From: a virus
DNA length: 64,000 nucleotides
Reading direction: 5' to 3' (one strand)
IMG/VR virus record: IMGVR_UViG_3300032294_001887
Coordinates: 1 to 64,000 of that record
Both the position numbers and the translations under genes were made by a program. The notes beneath the pieces were generated by a model. The model had not been told where the DNA came from. It was given only the letters and a program-made list of their open reading frames with translations, and did no database searches. Positions 49,113 through 59,148 of the stretch are shown one piece after another. Position 1 is the stretch's first letter; every line of letters begins with the position of its first letter.

Positions 49113-52100
49113 ATGGGTCAATCATATAGAATAAGAACTGAATTAGGGGTTAATAAATCGATTAACGTACAACTAGACCAAGAGTTTGAATTTTTAGAGA
49201 TTTTATCTTTAAAACTTCAACAAGAAGACATCTATACAAAAAGTTGTGCCGAATATGGGGTAGTTGTAGGTAGAGTAACTGCAAATAATGGATTCGGAAT
49301 ACCTAATGCTAGAGTTTCAATTTTTATCCCAATAGATTCGGTAGACGAATCAAATCCTATAATTTCAAGTATATATCCATATAAATCACCAAGTGATAAA
49401 AATGAAGATGGTTATAGATATAACTTACTTCCGTATGAAAAATCATATTCAACTCATGCTGCAACAGGGACATTACCATCAAGATTAGATGTTTTGACGG
49501 GTGGTACCGCAGTTGAAATTTATGACAAATATTACAAATTTAGTGTAAAAACTAATGAAAGTGGTGACTATATGATAATGGGAGTCCCACAAGGAGAACG
49601 GACTATAGTTATGGATGTTGACTTATCCGATATTGGAGAATTTTCTTTAACACCTCAAGATTTAATTAGAATGGGATTAGCAACCGAATCCCAAGTTGCC
49701 GGAGGAAGATTTAGAACATCAAATGATTTAAATTCTTTACCTCAAATTATTAATCTTGTTAAAAATTTAGAAGTATCTCCATTATGGGGAGACCCTGAAT
49801 TATGTACTATCGCAATTAACCGAGTTGATTTTGATTTGAGAGATGATGCAAATGTCGACATCCAACCAACATCGGTATTCATGGGGTCAATTTATTCTAC
49901 TGCTGACACATATAGAATTAGACCAAACGCAAAACCTGCGGATGATATGGGTAATCTTTGTGCATTAGTTGCGGGACCCGGACAAATTTTGGCGATTAGA
50001 CAAACAATTTACCAAGATAATGATGGTAATCCTGTGTTAGAACAACATCAGTTAGAACAATCCGGAAATATTATCGATGGGAATGGAGTTTGGTTAACTG
50101 AATTACCTATGAACTTGGATTATTTCATTACCAATGAATTTGGTGAAAAAGTTTTATCTAATGACCCAACAATTGGTATACCAACTAAAGCAAAATATAG
50201 GTTTAAGATAAAATGGCAACAATCACCTGGTTTAACTGAACAGGTGAGGAGACCATACTATTTAGTTCCAAATATTAAAGAATATGGTTGGTCATCAGGA
50301 GGTGGAGGAATAAGTGATGTTAATGAGCAGCAAAGTTCATATTATTTTGGGTTGGCGTGGAGTGGATACACCAATGGATTTACAGGGACTCAAAAAAATA
50401 ATAGACTAAACGAAATCATTAATTGTGAGGATACTTTTTATGAATTCCAATTTAACAAAGTTTACACAATTGCGGGATTAATTGATGAATTTAAAAATGG
50501 TGGAAGAGGAAACTTTATTGGTATAAAAGAAATTGATAGTCCGGATTGTGCGAACACAATTAATAAATTCCCGGTTAACGATGGTTTTAAAAATTTTGAT
50601 TTAATTTACTTTATTTTTGCAATAATTCTTCAAATAATACAAATACTTGGAATCCCTTTATTAATAGTGTTTCATTTTTTAGCTTTTCTTTGGAATAATT
50701 TTGCCACACCAATTTTATTATTTTTTATTGGGTTGTTAGTTAAAGCTGCGGTTCAACAAGGAATTTTAGTTATTGCGGCAATTGCGGGTTCCGCGGCATT
50801 TGGTGCGACGCTTGCAATGATTGCGCCACACGCCTTACTTGCAATTTTATATAGCGTCAGTGCAATTTTCTTAACAATTAATTTTAGACAAATTGTAAGT
50901 TATACATTTGGTCGACTTAAATTACCTATGATGACATATCCTGATTGTCAATCTTGTGAGTGTGACCCTGAAACTACTGCTCCGGGAGGAGGAGACCAAG
51001 AGAGTGTGCCACCATCAGGATTTTTGACACAATTATCTAATGGGGGATTATATATTGATAATCTTGAGGTTAATTTTTTTGACCCTAGTGGAACTAATGA
51101 AGATAATGAAGATAACGCTCAATTAAGTGCGGTTACAATTTCACAAGCAATTTCGGGAAAATTTAGTAGGAAAACACCCACGATATATAAATCAACCTTT
51201 ACAGAGCCATTTACTTTTCCTGACCCAATTCCGGATAGTAGTGGTGGTAAAAAGCTCATTGCCGCAGGTATTACCTTACCTCCGGGAGAAAGAGTTAATA
51301 AGTATAATACAAGAAAAAAATATTTTGATAATGTTAACAAAATAAAAGTAACGTTTAATTATCCAAGTAATATTGGAAAATCTCACGACGATAACACATT
51401 AACCGTTTTGGCGTCACAAGCTCTTGAACCAGGAACTCTATTAACTTTTATTGACCCTCTTAAAACTAAAGACGTTAATTTTTTATGGACAGGAACAACC
51501 TCAATCGGAGCTAATAAATTAACCGGAATTAATGGTATTATAAAAAATAATCAATTTAATGCGGATGTCATATATGCGAAAACACAGACAACTTCCGATA
51601 TGGTTTCATATATCATACCATCAGGTAATTCAACTTGTTTTTTATCAATAACATTTGATGTGGTGTCTACGGGAACCACAACTTATTTTAGTTGTGCCAA
51701 CGAAAAAGTAACGGTAACCGCGACAACAACTGGTTCTAAAACAATAACCAATGCAAATGGTATAGACATCACAACATTAGGAGGAACCGCCGAAATAAGT
51801 GGAATTACTTATGGACAGGCTTGTCAAAGATATATTTATCCTTCAGACCTTGAATATTATCAAGTATTAACTGCAATCACCATTAACACAAATGTTGACC
51901 CTGGCACCGGCAAGACAATTTATTCATTACCCGGTCAAGGAGACCCAACAAAAGGATTTTGGAATGATTTAATAGCGGATAATAAAATGTTTTTATTAGC
52001 AAACTGGGCTTTAGATGGTTATGAAAATTATGGATATGTTAAAGGAACGGATGCAGGAAATTTGATTGGTCGTTACACACCACCAAATACCCCTAGTTAT

Positions 52101-54593
52101 AGTTTCCCCACATCAATACTTGACGGATTTAGTGAACAAGTTGTGTTGATTCTGCAAAGAGGGGTTGACCCATACTCACCAAAATTACCAAATAGTTATG
52201 GTATTGGAAGAATATTGGGTCACTCAAGTGAAAATGCGGTGGTGATATCGGGAATGACGAGAATGAATACACCAATTCAGCCATTACCTCCGACTTCAAC
52301 TATTTCAGTACAAAACCATAAAAATGTTAATGAAATATTCTCGGGGTCACATTTTTATACTCCGGGAATTCCGAACAGTATAATACCAAATGCGTCATCA
52401 ACTCCAGGTCTTGCTTTTTCATCCTATACTACGAGTAATGTAGGGTATTACGGAGCGTTAGATAGTCGATATACGACGACAACACCACCTCGATTAACTA
52501 TCAAATCAGTTTTAAATCAAGTGTTTTATGGAAATGGAATCAATCAAAGTACTTTTGGTGAACAGAAAGCTGGAACTTTTGGGTTTAAAGCAGGTACGAC
52601 AACTAGAAGTACTAATTATGGTGTCTATCCTATTTCTGTTGGAGGTCCCACAACCATGAAAGGGGTTGCGGTAACCCAACCATCACAAAATGTTTTTGGG
52701 GTTCAAACCACAACATTTACAAATAATATTACGTCTGTTAGTTATGGTGGAAATACTCTTTTAAACCCAAGTACTAGATATCGTTTGGATGAGGATTTAT
52801 CCGGTGCTGCATATATGTTTAGAGGACCTTTGGAAGTGTTCCTTGCGGAATATAGGGTTGCTAAAACTGATTTTTATGGTTATAAAGCAACTGAAGGTCA
52901 ACCTTTTAGTCTATATTTTAGTCCATTATTATTACCTGAATTTACAGGAGGTACCACAGGACCTAATGCCGGATTAACTATTAGTAACCCAACAACTCAA
53001 ATGGTAATGAGGACTGACCGATTACCATCTTCTGATGAATTTGATGTTCAGAGAAGAGCAACAGATTTTGCGTTTTTAAATGGTAGTGTTGGATTATTGC
53101 AACAAAATTTGTCATTTGCGGTTTATTCTACCGAGGTTGGTTTAAGTTTTGGTGCACCTAGCTTTTCAACAGGTGCGGAACAAGTTACGGCGGATATTCA
53201 AGGTCAAGTATTACAAGCAACCGTTTTTGAAACTATGAATGATTGTGAAAAAATGGTTGGACTTGATTATTATGAAGGTAATGGTTCCACATTTAGAGTA
53301 AAACCTGGAGCATTACAAAATGATAATGTTGAAAACGGGTGTTATGTGATGATGAATAGACCATTATTAGATTTAACAAAAGATTTAGATACATTTGGAG
53401 AGTGGGGATATAGATTTAGATTTTATTATGGATTATGTAGGGGGGTTTTATCTCAATCATTTGTTAATAATTGGGTAAATGGGTCATTATATATGTTCCC
53501 GATGCAAATTGACACTTATTTCGACACTAATAATCAACCATTAAGACCTAGATTTGCTGAAGAAATTGTTTATTTTGATGATAAAACAAATAATTTCTAT
53601 TATAGGAGTTCACCATATATAAATTCTATTAGTAACCCAAGATTTGTTGGTGCACCCACAAATAGCACTGCGGTAAATAAACGCAACTTATTGTTTCCAA
53701 CAACGATAATAAATTTAGGATATAAGGATGATTTTTACGGGGAAGTATTATTCGACCCAGCAGCTAAAGGGTATATTATGAAAAGTTTATCACCAACGAC
53801 ATATTCAGATACTTCAGATTTGGTTAATTTATTTGTTATTAGTAGAATTACGGATAGTGGATTTTTAACTAGAATTTTATCCGGTTTAAATAGTTCACTT
53901 AATATCTTATTCTCAAGAAAACAACTTAGAATTGATGGTGATTTAGCTCAAGCTATGTCAATTAATTCAGAGTATGGTGTTATACCATTCTCACCACAAT
54001 ATTATAGTCCTGAAAGTGGTTCTGTTGTGGTATTACCGGGTCCAACTATGGGAGTTTTCTTTTCATCTACCACAATTGATTTACAAAATAAAGATTTTTT
54101 AAGTCCGGGAATTATTAATTTTAGGTCACCATTTAATTCTAATGTAAACACATATGAATATGGGATAAAATCACAAGTTGTCCCATTTTATCAATGGGGA
54201 TTATTTACTGGTAACACTACAAATACAATATTTGGGAGTGAAAGAAATGATTGGGATACAAGTCAGAGTGCCTCGAATCTTAGTGAAGGTATTTTTAGTG
54301 AAAGATATCAATCCTTGAATAGAAGAAATCCTGATGTTCCGGGAAATCCAAGTTATTTTATGACTTCAAATGTGATAAGCTCTAGTGTTAGTGATATATA
54401 TAAACGAGGTTATATCTTTGCGGTTAATTCGAATGGGGGTTATGCATATAGTCTTAACCCAAGTCTCTCAAATTATGCTGGAGGTACAACACCTAAATTT
54501 TTAGTTGGAGCTCCTAATCATTTTTATTTTGGTATAATCCAAGGTGAAACTGCATTGGATAAATTTAAAACAAAATATTCGGTTGATGAATAA
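49113..54593 (+). CDS. Large baseplate-associated protein with N-terminal beta-sandwich and internal hydrophobic segment
   Basis: GVVVGRV...GIPNARVSI...TNESGDY.I.GVP.G; follows gp6-like gene; ATG at 49113. Confidence 0.6.
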   Translation: MGQSYRIRTELGVNKSINVQLDQEFEFLEILSLKLQQEDIYTKSCAEYGVVVGRVTANNGFGIPNARVSIFIPIDSVDESNPIISSIYPYKSPSDKNEDGYRYNLLPYEKSYSTHAATGTLPSRLDVLTGGTAVEIYDKYYKFSVKTNESGDYMIMGVPQGERTIVMDVDLSDIGEFSLTPQDLIRMGLATESQVAGGRFRTSNDLNSLPQIINLVKNLEVSPLWGDPELCTIAINRVDFDLRDDANVDIQPTSVFMGSIYSTADTYRIRPNAKPADDMGNLCALVAGPGQILAIRQTIYQDNDGNPVLEQHQLEQSGNIIDGNGVWLTELPMNLDYFITNEFGEKVLSNDPTIGIPTKAKYRFKIKWQQSPGLTEQVRRPYYLVPNIKEYGWSSGGGGISDVNEQQSSYYFGLAWSGYTNGFTGTQKNNRLNEIINCEDTFYEFQFNKVYTIAGLIDEFKNGGRGNFIGIKEIDSPDCANTINKFPVNDGFKNFDLIYFIFAIILQIIQILGIPLLIVFHFLAFLWNNFATPILLFFIGLLVKAAVQQGILVIAAIAGSAAFGATLAMIAPHALLAILYSVSAIFLTINFRQIVSYTFGRLKLPMMTYPDCQSCECDPETTAPGGGDQESVPPSGFLTQLSNGGLYIDNLEVNFFDPSGTNEDNEDNAQLSAVTISQAISGKFSRKTPTIYKSTFTEPFTFPDPIPDSSGGKKLIAAGITLPPGERVNKYNTRKKYFDNVNKIKVTFNYPSNIGKSHDDNTLTVLASQALEPGTLLTFIDPLKTKDVNFLWTGTTSIGANKLTGINGIIKNNQFNADVIYAKTQTTSDMVSYIIPSGNSTCFLSITFDVVSTGTTTYFSCANEKVTVTATTTGSKTITNANGIDITTLGGTAEISGITYGQACQRYIYPSDLEYYQVLTAITINTNVDPGTGKTIYSLPGQGDPTKGFWNDLIADNKMFLLANWALDGYENYGYVKGTDAGNLIGRYTPPNTPSYSFPTSILDGFSEQVVLILQRGVDPYSPKLPNSYGIGRILGHSSENAVVISGMTRMNTPIQPLPPTSTISVQNHKNVNEIFSGSHFYTPGIPNSIIPNASSTPGLAFSSYTTSNVGYYGALDSRYTTTTPPRLTIKSVLNQVFYGNGINQSTFGEQKAGTFGFKAGTTTRSTNYGVYPISVGGPTTMKGVAVTQPSQNVFGVQTTTFTNNITSVSYGGNTLLNPSTRYRLDEDLSGAAYMFRGPLEVFLAEYRVAKTDFYGYKATEGQPFSLYFSPLLLPEFTGGTTGPNAGLTISNPTTQMVMRTDRLPSSDEFDVQRRATDFAFLNGSVGLLQQNLSFAVYSTEVGLSFGAPSFSTGAEQVTADIQGQVLQATVFETMNDCEKMVGLDYYEGNGSTFRVKPGALQNDNVENGCYVMMNRPLLDLTKDLDTFGEWGYRFRFYYGLCRGVLSQSFVNNWVNGSLYMFPMQIDTYFDTNNQPLRPRFAEEIVYFDDKTNNFYYRSSPYINSISNPRFVGAPTNSTAVNKRNLLFPTTIINLGYKDDFYGEVLFDPAAKGYIMKSLSPTTYSDTSDLVNLFVISRITDSGFLTRILSGLNSSLNILFSRKQLRIDGDLAQAMSINSEYGVIPFSPQYYSPESGSVVVLPGPTMGVFFSSTTIDLQNKDFLSPGIINFRSPFNSNVNTYEYGIKSQVVPFYQWGLFTGNTTNTIFGSERNDWDTSQSASNLSEGIFSERYQSLNRRNPDVPGNPSYFMTSNVISSSVSDIYKRGYIFAVNSNGGYAYSLNPSLSNYAGGTTPKFLVGAPNHFYFGIIQGETALDKFKTKYSVDE

Positions 54594-56277
54594 GTACACA
54601 ATTATTCCAAGTAGTTTACAATTTAAGTCGGCACCATTTGTTGACCAAGAAATTTCATTGTCTTTGGAACAACAAAGTCAACAGATTACTGAATATGATA
54701 GAAGTCAGAGTATTAGTTTGGCTCAAATATTTGACAATGAAAGACAGACCTGTTCAATATTTAGACCTACATTTAAATTAAATTATTTGTACGCCAACAC
54801 TTATACAGGAACTACTGAATATATTCCATTTAGAAATACCTTATATTATGTTCAACCCGAACAATCTTCTTTTAATAATGTTTGGTTTGGGTACCCACAA
54901 TATTATGAGTTTGATTTTTATAGACCTGATGTTAGTGACCAACATATTAGATATCAAGCAAAAAGTGCTTATACTTACAATTGGACTTATTATGTTAGTT
55001 ATGCTCACCAAAACAATTATAATAAGAAATTATTTTATGAATTAAATAACACTAGTTTAACATGGACTGCTTCCGAAGGAATCCCATTCTCAATTTTTAA
55101 CACAACCCAAAATGGAAATAGTGTTATTGGATTCCAATGTATTGCACCACACGGATTAAATGTTGGAGAATATGTTGAGTTGTCATTTGATTATGACAAA
55201 ATAAAATTATTCCAAGTTTATTCATTAGGAAATGGTTTATTGGATAGTGATGAATATATTTTTAATATTTATAATGTTGGTTACCGCGGAGGAACATTCT
55301 CAAATCAAAAAACAGGTACATTCAAGAGAGTTATAAATCCTGAAAATATTTTGGAAACAAAATCAAAATATTATGTGAGAGAACATAAGATTTTAACAAA
55401 TCTTGAGGATTGTGTTATGACAAAAAATGCGTTTGAAAAAAATGTATTTAATGAGGAAAGACAACTTGAATTAAGTTCAATTACACCAAATAAAATTACT
55501 AGAATTTCTCAAAAAACAAGTAGTAATTCATATAACATCACAATTAAACGTGACTTAGACCTTGCAAATGTATTGGATAATCAGAAAAGACCTGTTAGTG
55601 AGTTATTTTTAACCATAATAAATAAAGGTTATACGGGATATTTTAATTACCCGACAAATGGTAACATTGCGTTAAAACAAGGTTGGAAATTTAATTTAAC
55701 TAATTCACCAAATTCTTGGTGGGACAACACTAATCCGGAATCAAATACTAAGATTCCAACATCAAGTTATTCATTAAGTAATAAAACATTTTATTATAAT
55801 CAAAATTTAATTTCGGGAGATACCATAGATGGAGATTTTTGTGAGTGGAACGACTATGAACAATTGGAAAGGGTTATTTCTCCGTATTATCAAAAAATTA
55901 AATATAACCAGAGTGTATTTCAATCGTCTGACATTCCGGGTGATACTAATTCACCAGGGTTCTATTACCAACCACATACACCAATGACTATTAGAGTGTT
56001 TTCGGATTATATTGAAACAGGTGATTTAGAATTTATTGAAGGAATACCAAACTATGCCTATTTCTCCAATTCAGACCAACAATTTAGATGGAGAGATTTG
56101 TACACTTATGGGTTTAATGATAATTTAGGTAGAGGTGTTGATTATCCTTTTTTAAATTTTGCTCAATACCCATTTAAGGATGTTCAATTTAGATTGATAC
56201 CTGAAGGAATAAACTATAACTCCGTAATAACTGGAGTTGATTTCCCAATAAAACCTTTGATAGATGGATGTGAATAA
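54586..56277 (+). CDS. Hypothetical structural protein
   Basis: In-frame ATG 54586 overlapping previous stop preferred over GTG 54544. Confidence 0.6.
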   Translation: MNKYTIIPSSLQFKSAPFVDQEISLSLEQQSQQITEYDRSQSISLAQIFDNERQTCSIFRPTFKLNYLYANTYTGTTEYIPFRNTLYYVQPEQSSFNNVWFGYPQYYEFDFYRPDVSDQHIRYQAKSAYTYNWTYYVSYAHQNNYNKKLFYELNNTSLTWTASEGIPFSIFNTTQNGNSVIGFQCIAPHGLNVGEYVELSFDYDKIKLFQVYSLGNGLLDSDEYIFNIYNVGYRGGTFSNQKTGTFKRVINPENILETKSKYYVREHKILTNLEDCVMTKNAFEKNVFNEERQLELSSITPNKITRISQKTSSNSYNITIKRDLDLANVLDNQKRPVSELFLTIINKGYTGYFNYPTNGNIALKQGWKFNLTNSPNSWWDNTNPESNTKIPTSSYSLSNKTFYYNQNLISGDTIDGDFCEWNDYEQLERVISPYYQKIKYNQSVFQSSDIPGDTNSPGFYYQPHTPMTIRVFSDYIETGDLEFIEGIPNYAYFSNSDQQFRWRDLYTYGFNDNLGRGVDYPFLNFAQYPFKDVQFRLIPEGINYNSVITGVDFPIKPLIDGCE

Positions 56278-57106
56278 AATACAAATAAGGAAAGACGGAT
56301 TTACAAATAAAGAATTGGTTATACCTATTCAATTAACTTGGGATTATCTTGGGTTAGACCAAAGTATTGATGAATATGAAGCTGAAATCATTAAACAAGT
56401 TACTGGCGATTATGGTGATTTTGAAGTTGATAGATTCGCTCATGCTCCAATAACCATTCAAGACCCGTTAAGTAATACACCTTTTGAGTTTACTGACATT
56501 CAGTATGAATTTAATTTTTGGTCAGGAGGGTCTTTAAATACTCCATTAAGTTGGAGCGGTACATACCTTTACGAAGGATTCACCACTCAAGAAATATATT
56601 ATTACACAAATAATTTCTCAAATTCTTTTTTCAAGTTAGATTTATACGATAGTGTTGATGAAAAACAACAAACGAACTATATTACAATAATAATACCAAC
56701 ACAACAAGGGTTAACTCAGGATGCTTTGCTGGATAGGACTCCCGTTAAAATTAAAAGACCTTATTTTGTTTTGGATTATGTCGGAGATAAAGAAGGGTTT
56801 TTTATCTATTGGTTAAAGAAAAGAAATTTCTTGGACATATCAACATTCTATATGACCGCAAAATTTTATGATGCTAGACTAGGGTTTTTCACAAAAATGA
56901 TGAACATGCCTCAATCATCAATATCGGGAGATAAATACGTTTTTGATTATAAAAATTATTTCTATTATAGAGTTGACTTAGATTATGAAAAACAAAACTA
57001 TCAAGTTTTTAATATAAACAAATATCAGAATATATATAGTAACTTAAATAACAGGGCGGGTGCGACTATACCCATAAAATGGTATGAATATGTTAATCCT
57101 CAATAA
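56264..57106 (+). CDS. Hypothetical structural protein
   Basis: 280-aa ORF overlapping both neighbours. Confidence 0.6.
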   Translation: MDVNKIQIRKDGFTNKELVIPIQLTWDYLGLDQSIDEYEAEIIKQVTGDYGDFEVDRFAHAPITIQDPLSNTPFEFTDIQYEFNFWSGGSLNTPLSWSGTYLYEGFTTQEIYYYTNNFSNSFFKLDLYDSVDEKQQTNYITIIIPTQQGLTQDALLDRTPVKIKRPYFVLDYVGDKEGFFIYWLKKRNFLDISTFYMTAKFYDARLGFFTKMMNMPQSSISGDKYVFDYKNYFYYRVDLDYEKQNYQVFNINKYQNIYSNLNNRAGATIPIKWYEYVNPQ

Positions 57107-58215
57107 TGGAAGATTTTTATAAAATAATAGTTTCACCTGAGACAATAAAAGGTGATTTATTTTTAGTAAATTTACAAGGAAACAATGTAAGTGGTAGTTC
57201 TACCGGACAAACTGTCGGTGTTTACTCTGCAATGACCCAAGTTCTTAGTTCCGGGCCAAACGGGTCTTCATTATTAACGGGGTTAACGGTTCCAATACTA
57301 ATTAGACAAACCGCAATAGATGTAGGATATTATAGTCCGTTTGACGGAGCGGTATTACAAAAAGATGTTGTTACGAATTTTATATTCTCATCAACAACTT
57401 CAAATCCTTATAGATATAATATCTATAATACTTCAAGTGAATTTCAAAAATTTTTGGACTTATCTTCATATCAGGTAGATTGGGGTGATGGCTCACCAAA
57501 ACAACGCATAACGACATATACACCAAATTCCCTAAATCATACATATCCTACGGCAAATAAAACATATACAATTACATTAGAACAGACAAATCCTTGGGGG
57601 ATTACAAGAGTAAGTAAAACGATTACAACACCTTATACTAATGTTGTCCCAACCAATCCAAACGGTGAAGCATTTTTCACACCTGCTGGCGGTAACTGGG
57701 TTCAGACCCCTGTTAGTTACGATTATATATTTTCGGGTGACTCGGTTAATGAAGTTCAACCTCAAACATCAATTAATTATGTGACCATACCATATACGGT
57801 TTCCGGAATAACAAAATCAAGTATTACTGATTTGGCGTTATATGGGTCGGTGAAATATCAGGTTAATACACCTGTAATTAAGAACGGACAAATTTGGGGT
57901 GTAATTACAGATATAGACGATATTTTTACCGCCTATACTATTAACTCCGTTAATTACGTTGATTATATTGATGGGACAACAATATTTTTTGAACAATCTT
58001 CAGGTTTTACCGATAGTAACTTAACTGCAGTTCCTATTACTAAAGATGAGGTTTTGTTAAAAGTTGTTGCTCAGGCACAAATACAATCCGATATTTTTAT
58101 TGAACGCGGAAAGAATTCTGCATATGAAAGAATTCAAAGATTAGGAGAAGTTGATAATTTAGGTGATATGATAAACTATGGGTATGGATTTTTTAATGTT
58201 GAAAAAAAGAACTAA
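57106..58215 (+). CDS. Structural protein with PKD-like domain
   Basis: YQVDWGDGS...HTY...YTITL. Confidence 0.65.
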   Translation: MEDFYKIIVSPETIKGDLFLVNLQGNNVSGSSTGQTVGVYSAMTQVLSSGPNGSSLLTGLTVPILIRQTAIDVGYYSPFDGAVLQKDVVTNFIFSSTTSNPYRYNIYNTSSEFQKFLDLSSYQVDWGDGSPKQRITTYTPNSLNHTYPTANKTYTITLEQTNPWGITRVSKTITTPYTNVVPTNPNGEAFFTPAGGNWVQTPVSYDYIFSGDSVNEVQPQTSINYVTIPYTVSGITKSSITDLALYGSVKYQVNTPVIKNGQIWGVITDIDDIFTAYTINSVNYVDYIDGTTIFFEQSSGFTDSNLTAVPITKDEVLLKVVAQAQIQSDIFIERGKNSAYERIQRLGEVDNLGDMINYGYGFFNVEKKN

Positions 58216-58217
58216 AC

Positions 58218-58225
58218 TATTTATA
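58218..58225 (+). promoter_or_regulatory. TATTTATA motif
   Basis: Within palindrome TATTTATAAATA upstream of 58240. Confidence 0.6.
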
Positions 58226-58239
58226 AATAAAAAGACAAA

Positions 58240-59148
58240 ATGGCAATTGGAAGCTACGGCACGATAAGACCTTCAGACGTAAGTCCTGAAGATGTTCAAA
58301 TCATAATGAACTATACACCATCAAGGGATGTTACGGATAATTTCATCCTAACAGAACTTGATGCTCAAACATTACTAAAACCATATTTTAATAATACAGA
58401 AACAGGTGGGAATGCGAATGTTGAAATTTTGGGGGGGTTATATAATTTAACATTACCTGCCGAACAATTTAACGCTCTTGGAATTTATACTTTATATCTA
58501 AGACCTGCTCAAATTAGAACCGTAATAACAGATTGTGGTGTGTTAAGTGCATTACCAAATGTTAAAGGTATTGTAATTGACATTACAAATGTACCGGTTC
58601 AATATCAGAATAAATTTGTTCCACAAGGTTTGGTTGGATTTAGAATTGAATATTTGAATCCAGATGGCTCAAAAATACCAAATTTCTTTAGAGTTGTGAC
58701 TTCATCTTTCTTTTGTGAGCCGGTTGTATCTAATGAAGTAAATACAACTCAAAAGTCAATAAGATATAGATATGTTGATGGTAGTTCAAATTTAATTTTT
58801 TTAACACTATCACCATCATCTTCTCCGACAAATAAACCAAATGCAACACCTTTTATTGGACAACCTGACCAAAATATTATAATCACAAATACATTTTTCA
58901 ATCCGGTTACATTAGAGGTTGAAATGGTTGAATATGACATATCATCTCTTGCAATTGCTCTTTATGGTAATCAGACTAAATCTATTGATGATGGTATCTA
59001 CACAATTTACGATTCTGAAAATAATATTTACAGACAATACAATCTATACGAAATTAGAGACCAATTTAACGCTCTTCTTTATGAGGTTAGACAAAGTAGA
59101 GGAAATAATATTGATTTTAGTAAAAACTTCACAACAATAACGAGTTAA
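58240..59148 (+). CDS. Hypothetical structural protein
   Basis: 302-aa ORF, late motif upstream, TAATG coupling downstream. Confidence 0.6.
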   Translation: MAIGSYGTIRPSDVSPEDVQIIMNYTPSRDVTDNFILTELDAQTLLKPYFNNTETGGNANVEILGGLYNLTLPAEQFNALGIYTLYLRPAQIRTVITDCGVLSALPNVKGIVIDITNVPVQYQNKFVPQGLVGFRIEYLNPDGSKIPNFFRVVTSSFFCEPVVSNEVNTTQKSIRYRYVDGSSNLIFLTLSPSSSPTNKPNATPFIGQPDQNIIITNTFFNPVTLEVEMVEYDISSLAIALYGNQTKSIDDGIYTIYDSENNIYRQYNLYEIRDQFNALLYEVRQSRGNNIDFSKNFTTITS

